NCBI GenBank assembly: GCA_963849325.1
Contig: CAWKHF010000012.1
Coordinates: 576,001-640,000, forward strand
Direction of reading: 5' to 3'
DNA: 64,000 nucleotides
Source: an uncultured Planctomycetota bacterium
Lineage (GTDB): Bacteria > Planctomycetota > Planctomycetia > Gemmatales > Gemmataceae
The notes beneath the pieces are model-generated. The model saw only the letters and a list, made by a program, of their open reading frames with translations, had not been told where the DNA came from and ran no database searches. A program made the position numbers and the translations under genes. Below, one piece after another: positions 23,017 to 32,687 of the stretch. Positions within the stretch are counted from its first letter, which is position 1; each line of letters starts with the position of its first letter.

Positions 23017-24280
23017 TACTCCAAACTCAGCACGTCGAACGACTGTCCCGCCCGGTGCCGGTGATCGCCGGGCGGCAACAGCATCAGGGCGTTGGCCTGC
23101 GTCAAGGCACGGAGGTCGGCCGAGCCGAACCACGGCACCGGACGCACACTCCACCCATCCGCGCACGCCGTCAGACGAGCCGGATGATACGTCGGTCGAT
23201 CCGTGCGGTAGGGGAAGTCTTCGCCCAGGACGGCGGCGACGAAGTGCGGGCCGGGATCGGCATGGCCACACAGCCGGCGCAGGGCCGGACGGACGAACAG
23301 CTCGAAACAGGCGAGCACACTGACGGGATTGCCGGGCAGACCGAACACCAGCGTCGGCGCACCGCCGCCCAGGCGCGGAGCGGTGCCGAAGAACACCGGC
23401 TTGCCCGGCTTCATCTCGACCTTGTGGAAGTGGGCGGCGACGCCGGCCTCGCGCAGGACACCGGGCACTAGGTCGAGCTTGCCGGCCGAGACGCCGCCGG
23501 ACAGCAACAGCACGTTCGCCTTGAGTCCGTCGCAGACGAGCGGCTTCAGGAGGGCGACGTCGTCGCCGCCGATGCCGAGGTAGCGCGGCACGCCGCCGGC
23601 CCGGCAGACCTGGGCGACGAGCATGGGACCGTTGCTGTTGCGGATCTGTCCCGCCTCCGGCGCCTGGGCCGGCTCGACCAACTCATCGCCGGTGGCCAGA
23701 ACGGCGACGCGCGGCGGCGGATGCACGGACACGGTCGTCCGGCCGACGGTAGCGAGCACACCGAACTCCTGCGGCCGCAGCACGGCGCCGGCCGGCAACA
23801 CGATGTCGCCGCGGCGCATCTCGGCGCCGCGCGGCAGAATGTTCTGGCCGGGATACGGCGGGCGGTCGTCGATCTCGACGTGGCCGTCGCCGAGCAGCGC
23901 GTGTCCGCTCGACCATGACCACGGCGTCGGCGCCCGGCGGCACCGGCGCTCCGGTCATGATGCGGCTGGCCTGTCCCGCTCCGAGGGTGTGGCACGGCAC
24001 ACGGCCGGCGGTGATCTCCTCGACGACGTCGAGCGTTCTCCGCCCCTGCGCAGATCGGCGCAGCGCACGGCGTAGCCGTCCATCATGGCCTTGTCGTAAG
24101 GCGGCATGTCCAGATCGCTGCGCACGTCGGCGGCCAGCACCAGTCCCAGCGCGGCCGACGACAGAGTCATCGGCTCGGGCGGCACCGGCCGAACGTGCTG
24201 CCGAACGATTGCCTGGGCGTCGGCGACGCTGAGAGTTTGGCGCTCTGCGCGGGAACGGCATCGGACACGGCCACCTCGAC
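23016..24280 (-). CDS. moeA: Molybdopterin molybdotransferase MoeA; start approximate, frameshifts
   Basis: PPYDKAMMDGYAV, IMTGAPVPPGADAVVMVE, TGDEL, IRNSN, SGGVSAG, MKPGKP, GLPGNPVS. Confidence 0.95.
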
Positions 24281-24464
24281 ACGAATGCCTTCACGGACCC
24301 TCCGCGTTGAGATTGTACCATCCGCGGCCGGAATCGAACTAGGCAGACTGGTCGAGATCCGTCTTGCGGTTGGCGGTCGGCCATCCAGGGGATAGACTAG
24401 AAGTGCCTACCTCCCGCGCTTCCAAAGCGCGGCGTCCATCCCCGCACGACCCGGAGCCGCTGCC

Positions 24465-25794
24465 ATGCTCACCCTGTTCGGACCTCGCCATCGGTACTGC
24501 GACGGCCTGACACGACGTTCCTTCCTGCAAGTCGGCGGCCTCGCCCTCGGTGGTCTGACGCTGCCGAACCTGCTCCGCGCTGAAGGACGGGCCGGCGCCG
24601 GCAAGTCCGAGCGCTCCGTCATCATGGTGTACCTGTCCGGCGGACTGGCTCATCAAGACACCTTTGACCTCAAGCCGGCACGCGCCGAAGGAAGTGCGCG
24701 GCGAGTTCAAGCCCATCCCCACGCGCGTACCCGGCATCCAGGTCGGCGAACTGCTGCCGCGTCTGGCGGCGAGCATGGACAAGTTCATCCTGCTGCGCTC
24801 GCTGGTCGGTCTGCGCGACGAGCACAGCAGCTTCCAGAGCACGACCGGCTTCACGATGAACGAGACCAAGCGCGAGAGCAAGCCGCACTTCGGCTCGGTC
24901 ATCGCCAAGGTGCAGGGGCCGCGCGACCCGCTGGTGCCGCCTTTTCTCGATCTGTTTCCGACCATGCAGCACAAGCCGTACAACAGTCCCGGCGCTGGTT
25001 TCCTCGGTCGTGCCGCCAGCCCCGTCAAGCTCGACGGGCAGGATCTGGCGGCCATGAAGTTGCAAGCCCTCACGCTCGATCAACTCGGGGACCGCCGCCG
25101 CCTGCTCGACCAGGTCGATCGCTGGAAGCGCAGCGGCGACGGACTCGACCGCACCGGCATGGACACCTATTACGAGCGAGCCTTCGACGTGCTGACCTCG
25201 CGCAAGTTGGTCGATGCCCTGGACGTGACCCGCGAACCCGCGGCGGTGCGCGAGCGCTACGGCCGCGGTTCGCCGCGTCACCTCGGCGACGGTGCGCCGA
25301 TGTGGAACGATCAACTCCTGATGGCCCGTCGCCTGGTCGAAGCCGGGGCGCACTGCGTGACCGTGGCGTATGGCTTCTGGGACACACACGGCCAAAACTT
25401 CCGGCACCTTAAGCGGCACTTGCCGCTGTTCGACCAGGGCATCTCGGCGCTGGTCGAGGACATCTACGCGCGCGGATTGGATCGCAGCGTGACGCTGGTG
25501 GTCTGGGGCGAGTTCGGGCGAACGCCGAAGATCAACAAGGACGCCGGCCGCGATCACTGGTCGCGCGTCAACGGCGCGCTGTTGTCCGGCGGCGGCATGC
25601 GCACCGGCCAGGTCATCGGCTCGACCGACGCCACGGCGGCGGAGGCGAAAGACCAGCCCATCCCCTACCGCGACGTTCTGGCGACGGTCTATCACAACCT
25701 CGGCATCGATCCGGGCGGCATGGTCTACGACGTGTCCGGCCGGCCGACGCCGATCCTACCCAGCGACAATCGGCCCATCGAGCGCGTCTATTGA
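24465..25794 (+). CDS. DUF1501 domain protein; frameshift near 24680
   Basis: TRRSFLQVG Tat-like motif, YLSGGLAHQDTFDLKP, WDTH, WGEFGRTPKIN, GRDHW. Confidence 0.93.
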
Positions 25795-25807
25795 CGCCTC
25801 ACACGTC

Positions 25808-25831
25808 CGCTCCCTTACGGTCGCGGCTCGG
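25808..25831. repeat. Single arm of repeat family B; supplies the stop codon of the minus-strand gene
   Basis: cgctcccttacggtcgcggctcgg. Confidence 0.7.
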
Positions 25832-27441
25832 TTTTCCTTAAGCCCGCCGCCCAGTGGACGGCATTACTCAGTAGGCGGTTGAAGGCCAGCTCCTTGAAGT
25901 CGTCGGGATGACCCAGCGACGTGTACACGACCCGTCCGCCGACCTTCGTGGTGTTCGTCCACAGGACCGGCTCGGCCGGTTTCTCCGGGATCGAGCCGAT
26001 CAGCAGCGGCGTCGCGGATTTCGCCAGGGGGCTGACCTTGTACAGCGAGCCGTGACCGCGTAAGTCGGCGAGGTTGACGCCCTCCAGGATCGGATGGCCG
26101 GCTGTCTCCACTGTCGCACGCACCGTCACCTGCGCCTCCGCGCCGTGGTGGCCGCTGTAGTTGCCGCCGAAGACGTCTCGGTCGAACTCTTCCCAGACGG
26201 CACATCCCTCGGGCGGCTTGCGGCCGTTCAGAGAGAAGGCATGACTGGCCGTGCGGATGCCGACGACCGGCTTGCCGCCGGCCACGAATTTATGGATAAT
26301 GTCTATCTGTTTATTCGGTAATGCCCTCCGGCGAACGCTGAACAAGGCCACGTCCGCCTCCTCAAGTGCCTCGATGCCGGGCAGGTCGTTGGCGTTGGTC
26401 TCGCTGCCGAAGACGGTGCTGACGCGGAAGTCCTTGCCCAGGTGCTTGAGGGCGAACTCCGGCAGCGTGCGCGGCGTCTGGTACTCCGGCTCGGCCAGGA
26501 CGAGGACCAGGTGCGGCCGCTTGTCGCCGGCGAAGCGGAACGGCTTGCCGCCGAGCACCTGATCGCTGGTGATGGTCGGACAAACCCACTTCTCGATGTG
26601 TTCGACGATCAGGTCCGTGCCGGTGAAATGGCTGACGAACGGAGCGCGGGCGGGGTCGTACATGGTATCGGTCAGATCGCGCACCAGCACGACGTTCTTG
26701 CCGTTCTTGGCCATCTGCCGCAGACCGAACGGCCGGCCGAGCACGCACATGTTGGTGTGAACGCCGAGAAGGATGACGTTGTCGATGCCGCGCTGTTCGA
26801 GCACGCTCCAGATCTCCTCGCCGTTGTCGCTGATGACATCACGGTCCTCGATCTTGAGGACGTCGGTCTGCGTCTTCCACGGGGCGCGGGGATTTCGGCC
26901 CATTTTCTGGAGTTTCTCGGCCCAGGCGCGGTGTTCGGCGGGGTCGTCGTCCTCGCCGCCCTGCGTCTGATCGATGGGATAAACGCCCTTCTCCTCGGCG
27001 GGGATGCGGTAGCACCAACGGCCAATGTCCTTGGGCAAGTTTTTCGACCGCGGCGTCCGCAGTGCGCTGAGGCGGGCCGGGTGGTCCTTGTAGGAGTCCA
27101 TGCAACCGCTGGGCGCGTGGATGATGAGAGTGCCGCGGTTGCGCGCCTCCGTCAGAAACTGGTTCATCCGCGGCGCCATTTCGCCGACGCGGCGGACGGC
27201 GTTGAGGCAGTGGTGCGAGTCCCACATGTCGCAAACGATGATCGCCGTCTGGCGAGCGTCCCAGCGGGCGGGCTGAACGACCGTGTGAAACCGTCCGCTG
27301 CCCGGCCGTGTCTCGGTGTGCTTGCAGCTGGAGGGAGAGCATCGCGGGGTCGGATTTCGCCGTGTCGGCGGCCAGGATGGAAGGCACGGCCAGGACGGTC
27401 AGCAGGACGAGCGCGGAATTGGTGAGGCGGGATCGCTTCAT
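25815..27441 (-). CDS. Secreted isochorismatase-like cysteine hydrolase fused to a ThuA/GATase1-like domain; frameshifts near 27270-27325
   Basis: Signal peptide; IVCDMWD, IHAPS, GVHTNMCVLGRPFG; ThuA part GIRTASHAF, GGNYSGHH, YTSLGHPDDF. Confidence 0.88.
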
Positions 27442-27504
27442 GTTCAGACCTCGGGAGGCGACAAGTCACGTCGGTTCGGATCATCGAGACGGTAGATAGA
27501 TACC

Positions 27505-28818
27505 TTATTGCAAGGATCGCTTCGCAGCCACTCCTCCGGTTGCCGGCAAACCGAACAACGCGGCACCCCATTGTAAGCCGGCACCGACGGCGGTCCAGAT
27601 GATGGGGCCGTGAACTGACTGAGGGTGGAGCGCGAAGGCGACGGGGAGGGAAGCGGAGCCGAGATTGCCCAGGCGTGTCGTCTCGCTCCAGACGTGCGGG
27701 ACCGGCAGAAGCAGCCGCCGGGCGAGCAAGTCCGACATGCGGCCATTGCCGCCGTGGGCGACGACGGCGCCGAGCTGGTCCACGGCAAGCCCGTGCCGCG
27801 CAGCCAAGTGCCGGACGGACTCGGCCATGCTTCGGACGGCCCGATGGGCCAGGGGTACGCCGTCCATGTGCAGCGTCGCGCCGTGGGCCGGATCATGCCG
27901 TACCTGCAGAAGCGAGCTGGCTGCGCCATCGGTGCCGAGGAGGATGTCGCACAGAGGAATTCCGCCGGCGTTCATCGGCTGCGCGGTCAGTAAGCAAGCC
28001 GCCGTGGCATCGCCGAAGAGGGCGGCCGTCTCTCCGGCGGGGCCGGGTTGCAGCGTCAGCCAGCGCGACGGCGCTTCGACCGCCACGACCAGCACGGCGG
28101 CGGTATCGACCAGCAGACGCAAGGCGGTCCACATCGCGGCGAGGAAGCCGGTGCAGGCGCCGCCGATTTCCAGAGCGACGACGCCAGCGGACAATCCCAG
28201 ACGCTGATGCAGCGCCGCCGCCAGTCCCGTCAGGACAGGCGGCGCTTCCGCCGTCACCAGTAGCGCGCCAAGACCATCGAGAGACAGGCCGGCCCGAGAG
28301 AGGCAAGCCGCGGCGTTCTCCGCGGCCGCGTCGAGAACGTCTTCGTCCGCCCACAAGCCGCGGCCGTGGATGGCTGCATGATCTTCCAGCCAACCCGGCG
28401 GACGTTCCAGCAGACGATTGATCTCCACGGCCGGCTGAATTCGGCTCGGCAAGCGAACCGTGGACGCCGCCAACCACGCCTTCCAAGCCGAGCCGCGACC
28501 GTCCGGGAGCGATTCGTTCTCCGCTCCCGGACGCTCGCGGCTCGGTTCGCTTCCTCGCGGCCGCAGCGCGGCGGCTTCCAGGGCCGCCGCCAATTCGCCA
28601 ACGGTGCCGTAGCGGCGCCCCGACGCCTGCTCAATCGCCTCGACGGGCACGCCGCAGTCGTCGGCCACCAGGGCGAGGAACTCAACAAAGCCCATCGAAT
28701 CGATCGCGTCGGCGAAGCGGACGGCCGCGTCTTCCGGGGCTTCCGGCAAACCGAGAAGGTCGCACACCTGACGCAGGTGAGCGAGTAAAGGAGCGACGAG
28801 GTCGGCGCGTGGCGACAT
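27505..28818 (-). CDS. ACP-like domain fused to 3-oxoacyl-ACP synthase III (FabH-like)
   Basis: N-term AIDSMGFVEFL...TVGELAAAL; GGACTGF, ALFGDA, VVAHGGN, LGNLGSAS, GAGLQWGA. Confidence 0.85.
   Translation of the reverse strand: MSPRADLVAPLLAHLRQVCDLLGLPEAPEDAAVRFADAIDSMGFVEFLALVADDCGVPVEAIEQASGRRYGTVGELAAALEAAALRPRGSEPSRERPGAENESLPDGRGSAWKAWLAASTVRLPSRIQPAVEINRLLERPPGWLEDHAAIHGRGLWADEDVLDAAAENAAACLSRAGLSLDGLGALLVTAEAPPVLTGLAAALHQRLGLSAGVVALEIGGACTGFLAAMWTALRLLVDTAAVLVVAVEAPSRWLTLQPGPAGETAALFGDATAACLLTAQPMNAGGIPLCDILLGTDGAASSLLQVRHDPAHGATLHMDGVPLAHRAVRSMAESVRHLAARHGLAVDQLGAVVAHGGNGRMSDLLARRLLLPVPHVWSETTRLGNLGSASLPVAFALHPQSVHGPIIWTAVGAGLQWGAALFGLPATGGVAAKRSLQ
28488..28545. repeat. Repeat family B hairpin in frame in the ACP-KASIII linker
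   Basis: ccgagccgcgaccgtccgggagcg / cgctcccggacgctcgcggctcgg. Confidence 0.85.
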
Positions 28819-28822
28819 ATAA

Positions 28823-29561
28823 TTAACATTGCGGGTCGTTGAAGGAGAAAAAGCCGTCAGCCATGAGCCAGCAGAGGCATTCGCTTCGGGCGGGCGCGGC
28901 CTGGAAGCCGCGCGACAGGCCCAGCCGAACCGCGATCGGTTCGACCATTTGCCCCACCGCGAGAGTCAGCGCCCGAATGCGTCCCTCCACGCCGTCGGAG
29001 GCGATCTCGGCGCGCTGCAACAAAAAATGGTCCTTGACCGGCAGCGAGCGGCCTTCCAGTCCGGGGACATCGAGCGCGACGCGGTAATCCGGCTCCGGGG
29101 TGCCGTCGCGCCAGGAGGCGGTGAAGTGGATGCCGTGTCGCGGAACCAGCACGCCGGCCAGGCTGCGGTCGCCCGTGCCGGGAGTGAGGTAAGCGGCCGA
29201 GCGCGTGAGCGTGAGCGCGTCGCCGAACCAGGGTTTCTCCGGCGGCGCCAGCGTCGCTTGCAAAATGGCGCGGCGCAGGGCGGGACTGGCCAGCGTGCCG
29301 CAGGGTCGCAACGTCCGCACCCAGAACGTCTTCGCGGTGCGGCGGACGCGGCTCGGCCGGCTGAGGACCGACCAGCTCGAACATTTCCCAGCGCGAATGG
29401 CCGTCCATCAGAAAGGACGACCAACCGACGTTGCGAACCGGGGCATCGCGGTAACGCCCCTGCAAGGGGCGGACGACGCGGAGCTGGCCGTCCTGCCGGA
29501 CCACGCCGGCCAGGCAATACGACCTGCCCATTCGCGTCCAGTCGAGAAGGACCATGTCCAC
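28823..29561 (-). CDS. Dual OB-fold domain protein; frameshift near 29325
   Basis: SYCLAG...VVRPL, PPHRED, RSLAGV, SLPVKDH, VRLGLSRGF...CWLMADGFF pattern. Confidence 0.7.
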
Positions 29562-29570
29562 GGCGTCACC

Positions 29571-30533
29571 TCACGGCGAAGGCGTCTGCTGGCTCCGTCT
29601 CCGGGAGACGCGCACGAAAAACCAAACCGCTCCGATGATCGCGCCGCCTCCCAGCGTGGCGGCGATCAGCCACGTGTCCCAGCGGGTGGGCCTTTCGGCG
29701 TTCGGCTCGGCCGGCCCCTCCCTAGCGGTCTCGGTACCCCGCTCCGGCGGTTTGTCCGCGAGCGCGCCTTGTGGGGCGTGGGTAGCTTCCGGTTTGGCGA
29801 AGACACGGGCGTCCAGTTTGTCGAGAAACTCGACGGAAGAAATTCGGATATTCAGGATCGAGGAATCGCGGTTGGAGGACCGCAAGTGCATGGGGTACTG
29901 GACGCCGCCGACCTCTCGATAATCCTCGTAAACGGTTTCGCCGATCATCTCCCCGCCGGCCAAAAGGTTCGGCATCGGCCGCCGCGCTCGCGCCAGCAGG
30001 CCGGTGGACTTGTCGAAGTAAAGGTTCGCCTTCCCCTGCGCCCCGGACACCTGAATGCCGACAAGCGAACGGCCCCCTTGCTGTTCTTCGCCCAGGAGGG
30101 TAAAGCGGTTGTCCTTGTTCCGCAGCAGCAGGAGCTGCGCCAGAACGGCATGCCAGTGCTGCTCGATGGCGAGAGGATCTGTCACCGCGAACGGTTGCGG
30201 AGCGGCCTGTCCCTGCCGGAACCATCCTTTCGGCCCATTGACGGTGATTTCACGGTGGAACGTCTGTCCGCCGAACTCGCCGTCGATGGTCCGCTTGTAG
30301 CGCCGCGGCAGATCGAAGACTTCTTCCCATGTAACCTTGAAAGTCCCGCTGCCCACGGAGGCACCATCCACTTTCGCCGTGAGGCGGCCGATCTTTGTCT
30401 TACTCAGCCGCTCCTCGCCGCCGTGCGCCTGAATGGCCCGGTCGAGAAGGCGGCGTGCCTCGTCCGCCGCCGCACGGCCGCCCAGAAGCAGAAGGAGACA
30501 CCCGAGCACAATCTTGGTTTGGACAGATGGCAT
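29571..30533 (-). CDS. Hypothetical secreted protein with C-terminal TM anchor
   Basis: Signal peptide; LLDRAIQAHGG, LYFDKSTGLL, YEDYREVGGVQYP, F.KP; C-terminal TM then RVSRRR. Confidence 0.8.
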   Translation of the reverse strand: MPSVQTKIVLGCLLLLLGGRAAADEARRLLDRAIQAHGGEERLSKTKIGRLTAKVDGASVGSGTFKVTWEEVFDLPRRYKRTIDGEFGGQTFHREITVNGPKGWFRQGQAAPQPFAVTDPLAIEQHWHAVLAQLLLLRNKDNRFTLLGEEQQGGRSLVGIQVSGAQGKANLYFDKSTGLLARARRPMPNLLAGGEMIGETVYEDYREVGGVQYPMHLRSSNRDSSILNIRISSVEFLDKLDARVFAKPEATHAPQGALADKPPERGTETAREGPAEPNAERPTRWDTWLIAATLGGGAIIGAVWFFVRVSRRRSQQTPSP

Positions 30534-30598
30534 GGTCCCGGCCCGCCGCCGCGGTCCTGATAGTTCGCGGAAGGACGACCTGCTATGATGCCGTCATT

Positions 30599-31289
30599 AT
30601 GGACGCACACCCGACCGGAACGCAATTACGAAGTCCCGTCGAATCCGTCCCGGCCCCGACCGGCGCCGTCGTCCGCCTCTTCAGCGTCGGCCATTCCAAT
30701 CACGACGAAGCGTCGTTCACGGCGCTGTTGCAGCGTGCGGGCGTTACCGTGCTGGCCGATGTGCGCTCCAGCCCGTACAGCGGGCGTCATCCCCACTTCA
30801 ACAAGGGACCGCTGGAGGACCGGCTGCGCGAGCAGGGCATCGCCTACGTGTTTCTCGGCGACGTGCTCGGCGGCCGGCCGAGTTCGCCGACACTGTACGA
30901 CGACGAAGGGCGCCTGGATTACGAGCGCGTGCGGCAAACCGAGGCATTCCAGCGCGGCCTCGAACAGCTGACGCACGGCCGGCTCGGCTTGTCGGTTGCC
31001 TTCATGTGCAGCGAGGAAGACCCCCTCGATTGTCATCGCGGCTTGATGATAACGCCGGCCCTCCGCCGCGCGGCTTCACGCCGTACCATCTGCGCAAAGA
31101 TGGCTCCATCGAGACGAACGAGGAGATGGAAGCGCGGCTCTTGCACAAACCGGCGTCGGCGCCGGACTCCTCGACGGCCTGTTCGCGGCGCTGCTGAGCG
31201 ACGATGACCGCTGCGCCCTGCTGACCGAGGCGTATCAGCGGATGGCCCGACGCAAAGCGTACCGGCTGCCGGAGGACGACGAGGAATGA
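30599..31289 (+). CDS. DUF488 family protein; frameshifts near 31070 and 31160
   Basis: LFSVGHSN, LADVRSSPYS, LGGRP, FMCSEEDPLDCHR. Confidence 0.9.
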
Positions 31290-31299
31290 CCGGTCGCCG

Positions 31300-32223
31300 T
31301 CAGTTCGTCAGATTGTCCGTGAGCACCTCGCCCCCCGCTATCGTGCCCATCGCCCGGAGGATCGCGCTGTCCGCCGAGCCGGACGCGATGTTGCGAAGGA
31401 AGTGAACCGAGCCATCGGCATAAAGGAAGTTGGAGCCAGCCGTGTGCCTGCTGGAGGCGTCGTCCAGGTTGCGCCCCGTGGGATTGTTGTTCGTGCCGGC
31501 GTGTACCAGGACAAGGTCCGCCGCTCCCTGGCCGAGTTTCCCCGGCACGGCGTCGGGGTTGTATTGGCCCTGGTTGCAGTAACCTCCAGGGACGGCACCC
31601 ATCCAGGTGCCCTGGACGTTGGCGAAGGCCCGTTCCTCAAGAGAGATGGTGTTACTGGTCCCATCCATGATGTCCGTCAGGCGCGTCTGGCTGTTGCGAT
31701 AGAAGACGCCGTTGCCGGTCGCGGCCATCGTGCTGACGCCCCCTCCGCAGCAGGCAGCGTAGCTGGACGGCGGGACCATGCACACGGTCCCCCAGGAACT
31801 GCCGGTGACCGAGAAGGCCGTGAAGGGGGTTATGTCGGATGGGCAGAGGTACGTCTTCACCACCGTTTGAACCGCCGGCGAGTTCTGCACGGACATGCTG
31901 AGGTTGAGCTGGTTGTAGAGATTGCCCTGTTCCAGGTAGGACAGGAGGTACGCCCCCCAGGCCCAGCCGGGAGACGTGTCCGTCGTCCCGTCCACGTAGG
32001 GACCGGCGGCGGAGTATCCAGGGGGGAGAGATTGGTTGGCGTCGTGATAGCCGTGCAGGGCGAATCCCATCTGCTTGAGATTGTTCTGGCAGCTCATCCG
32101 GTTGGCCGACTCGCGCACTTTCTGCACGGCCGGCAGCAGCAGACCAACGAGGATGGCGATGAGGGCGATCACCACCAACAACTCGATCAGCGTGAACGCG
32201 GTTCGGATGCTTCGCGCGCGCAT
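31300..32223 (-). CDS. DUF1559 protein with prepilin-type N-terminus and H-X9-DG motif
   Basis: AFTLIELLVVIA, LLLPAVQKVRESANRMSCQNNLKQ, DGTSNT, SRHTAGSNFLYADG. Confidence 0.95.
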   Translation of the reverse strand: MRARSIRTAFTLIELLVVIALIAILVGLLLPAVQKVRESANRMSCQNNLKQMGFALHGYHDANQSLPPGYSAAGPYVDGTTDTSPGWAWGAYLLSYLEQGNLYNQLNLSMSVQNSPAVQTVVKTYLCPSDITPFTAFSVTGSSWGTVCMVPPSSYAACCGGGVSTMAATGNGVFYRNSQTRLTDIMDGTSNTISLEERAFANVQGTWMGAVPGGYCNQGQYNPDAVPGKLGQGAADLVLVHAGTNNNPTGRNLDDASSRHTAGSNFLYADGSVHFLRNIASGSADSAILRAMGTIAGGEVLTDNLTN

Positions 32224-32336
32224 GGCAACGCACTCCTTTCGACAAAAAGAAGAGGTTGAGGTGCGTTGCGAACGGATGCGGGCGGTGCCCACTGCGGTGG
32301 CGAAGCAGCCTCGGCAGGAAAAAAAGATCCAACTTC

Positions 32337-32399
32337 TTGATACTGAGTCTCAGTAGCAATATCCTGCCCCTATCCTACCGTCCCGCCAGAGGACGTCAA
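32337..32399. promoter_or_regulatory. Fur-box-like operator with two opposed sigma70-like promoters
   Basis: TACTGAG-T-CTCAGTA perfect 7-1-7; 13/19 match to GATAATGATAATCATTATC; plus strand TTGATA-17-TATCCT, minus strand TTGACG-16-TAGGAT. Confidence 0.7.
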
Positions 32400-32435
32400 G
32401 GGCTACCTCAACAAAGAATCCCGAGAGGAAGAGCG

Positions 32436-32615
32436 ATGTCTGAACTCGAAGACGGCAAGGAGACCAGCGCCCGGCAACAGGCGGATGGACCGAGGATGCC
32501 GGTCGTGCATACGGAGGAGTTGTTTCGGGGAGAGCAGGAGATTTGGATTGAGCACGACGGCGTGCGCTACCGTCTGCGCATCACGCGGCGGAACAAGCTC
32601 ATCCTGCAAAAGTGA
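32436..32615 (+). CDS. hemP: Hemin uptake protein HemP
   Basis: ELFRGEQEIWIEHDGVRYRLRITRRNKLILQK matches the HemP/HmuP pattern. Confidence 0.9.
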   Translation: MSELEDGKETSARQQADGPRMPVVHTEELFRGEQEIWIEHDGVRYRLRITRRNKLILQK

Positions 32616-32629
32616 TCGTCTGCGGCGAA

Positions 32630-32686
32630 CCGAGCCGCGACCGTAGGGGAGAGAAGTACCCCTGCTCCCTTACGGTCGCGGCTTGG
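32630..32686. repeat. Repeat family B hairpin between convergent genes
   Basis: cgagccgcgaccgtagggggag / ctcccttacggtcgcggctt. Confidence 0.85.
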
Positions 32687-32687
32687 A

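Noticed and set aside
24280-24465. Moco riboswitch upstream of moeA
   Set aside because: No recognisable conserved motif by eye; an Infernal/Rfam scan would be needed.
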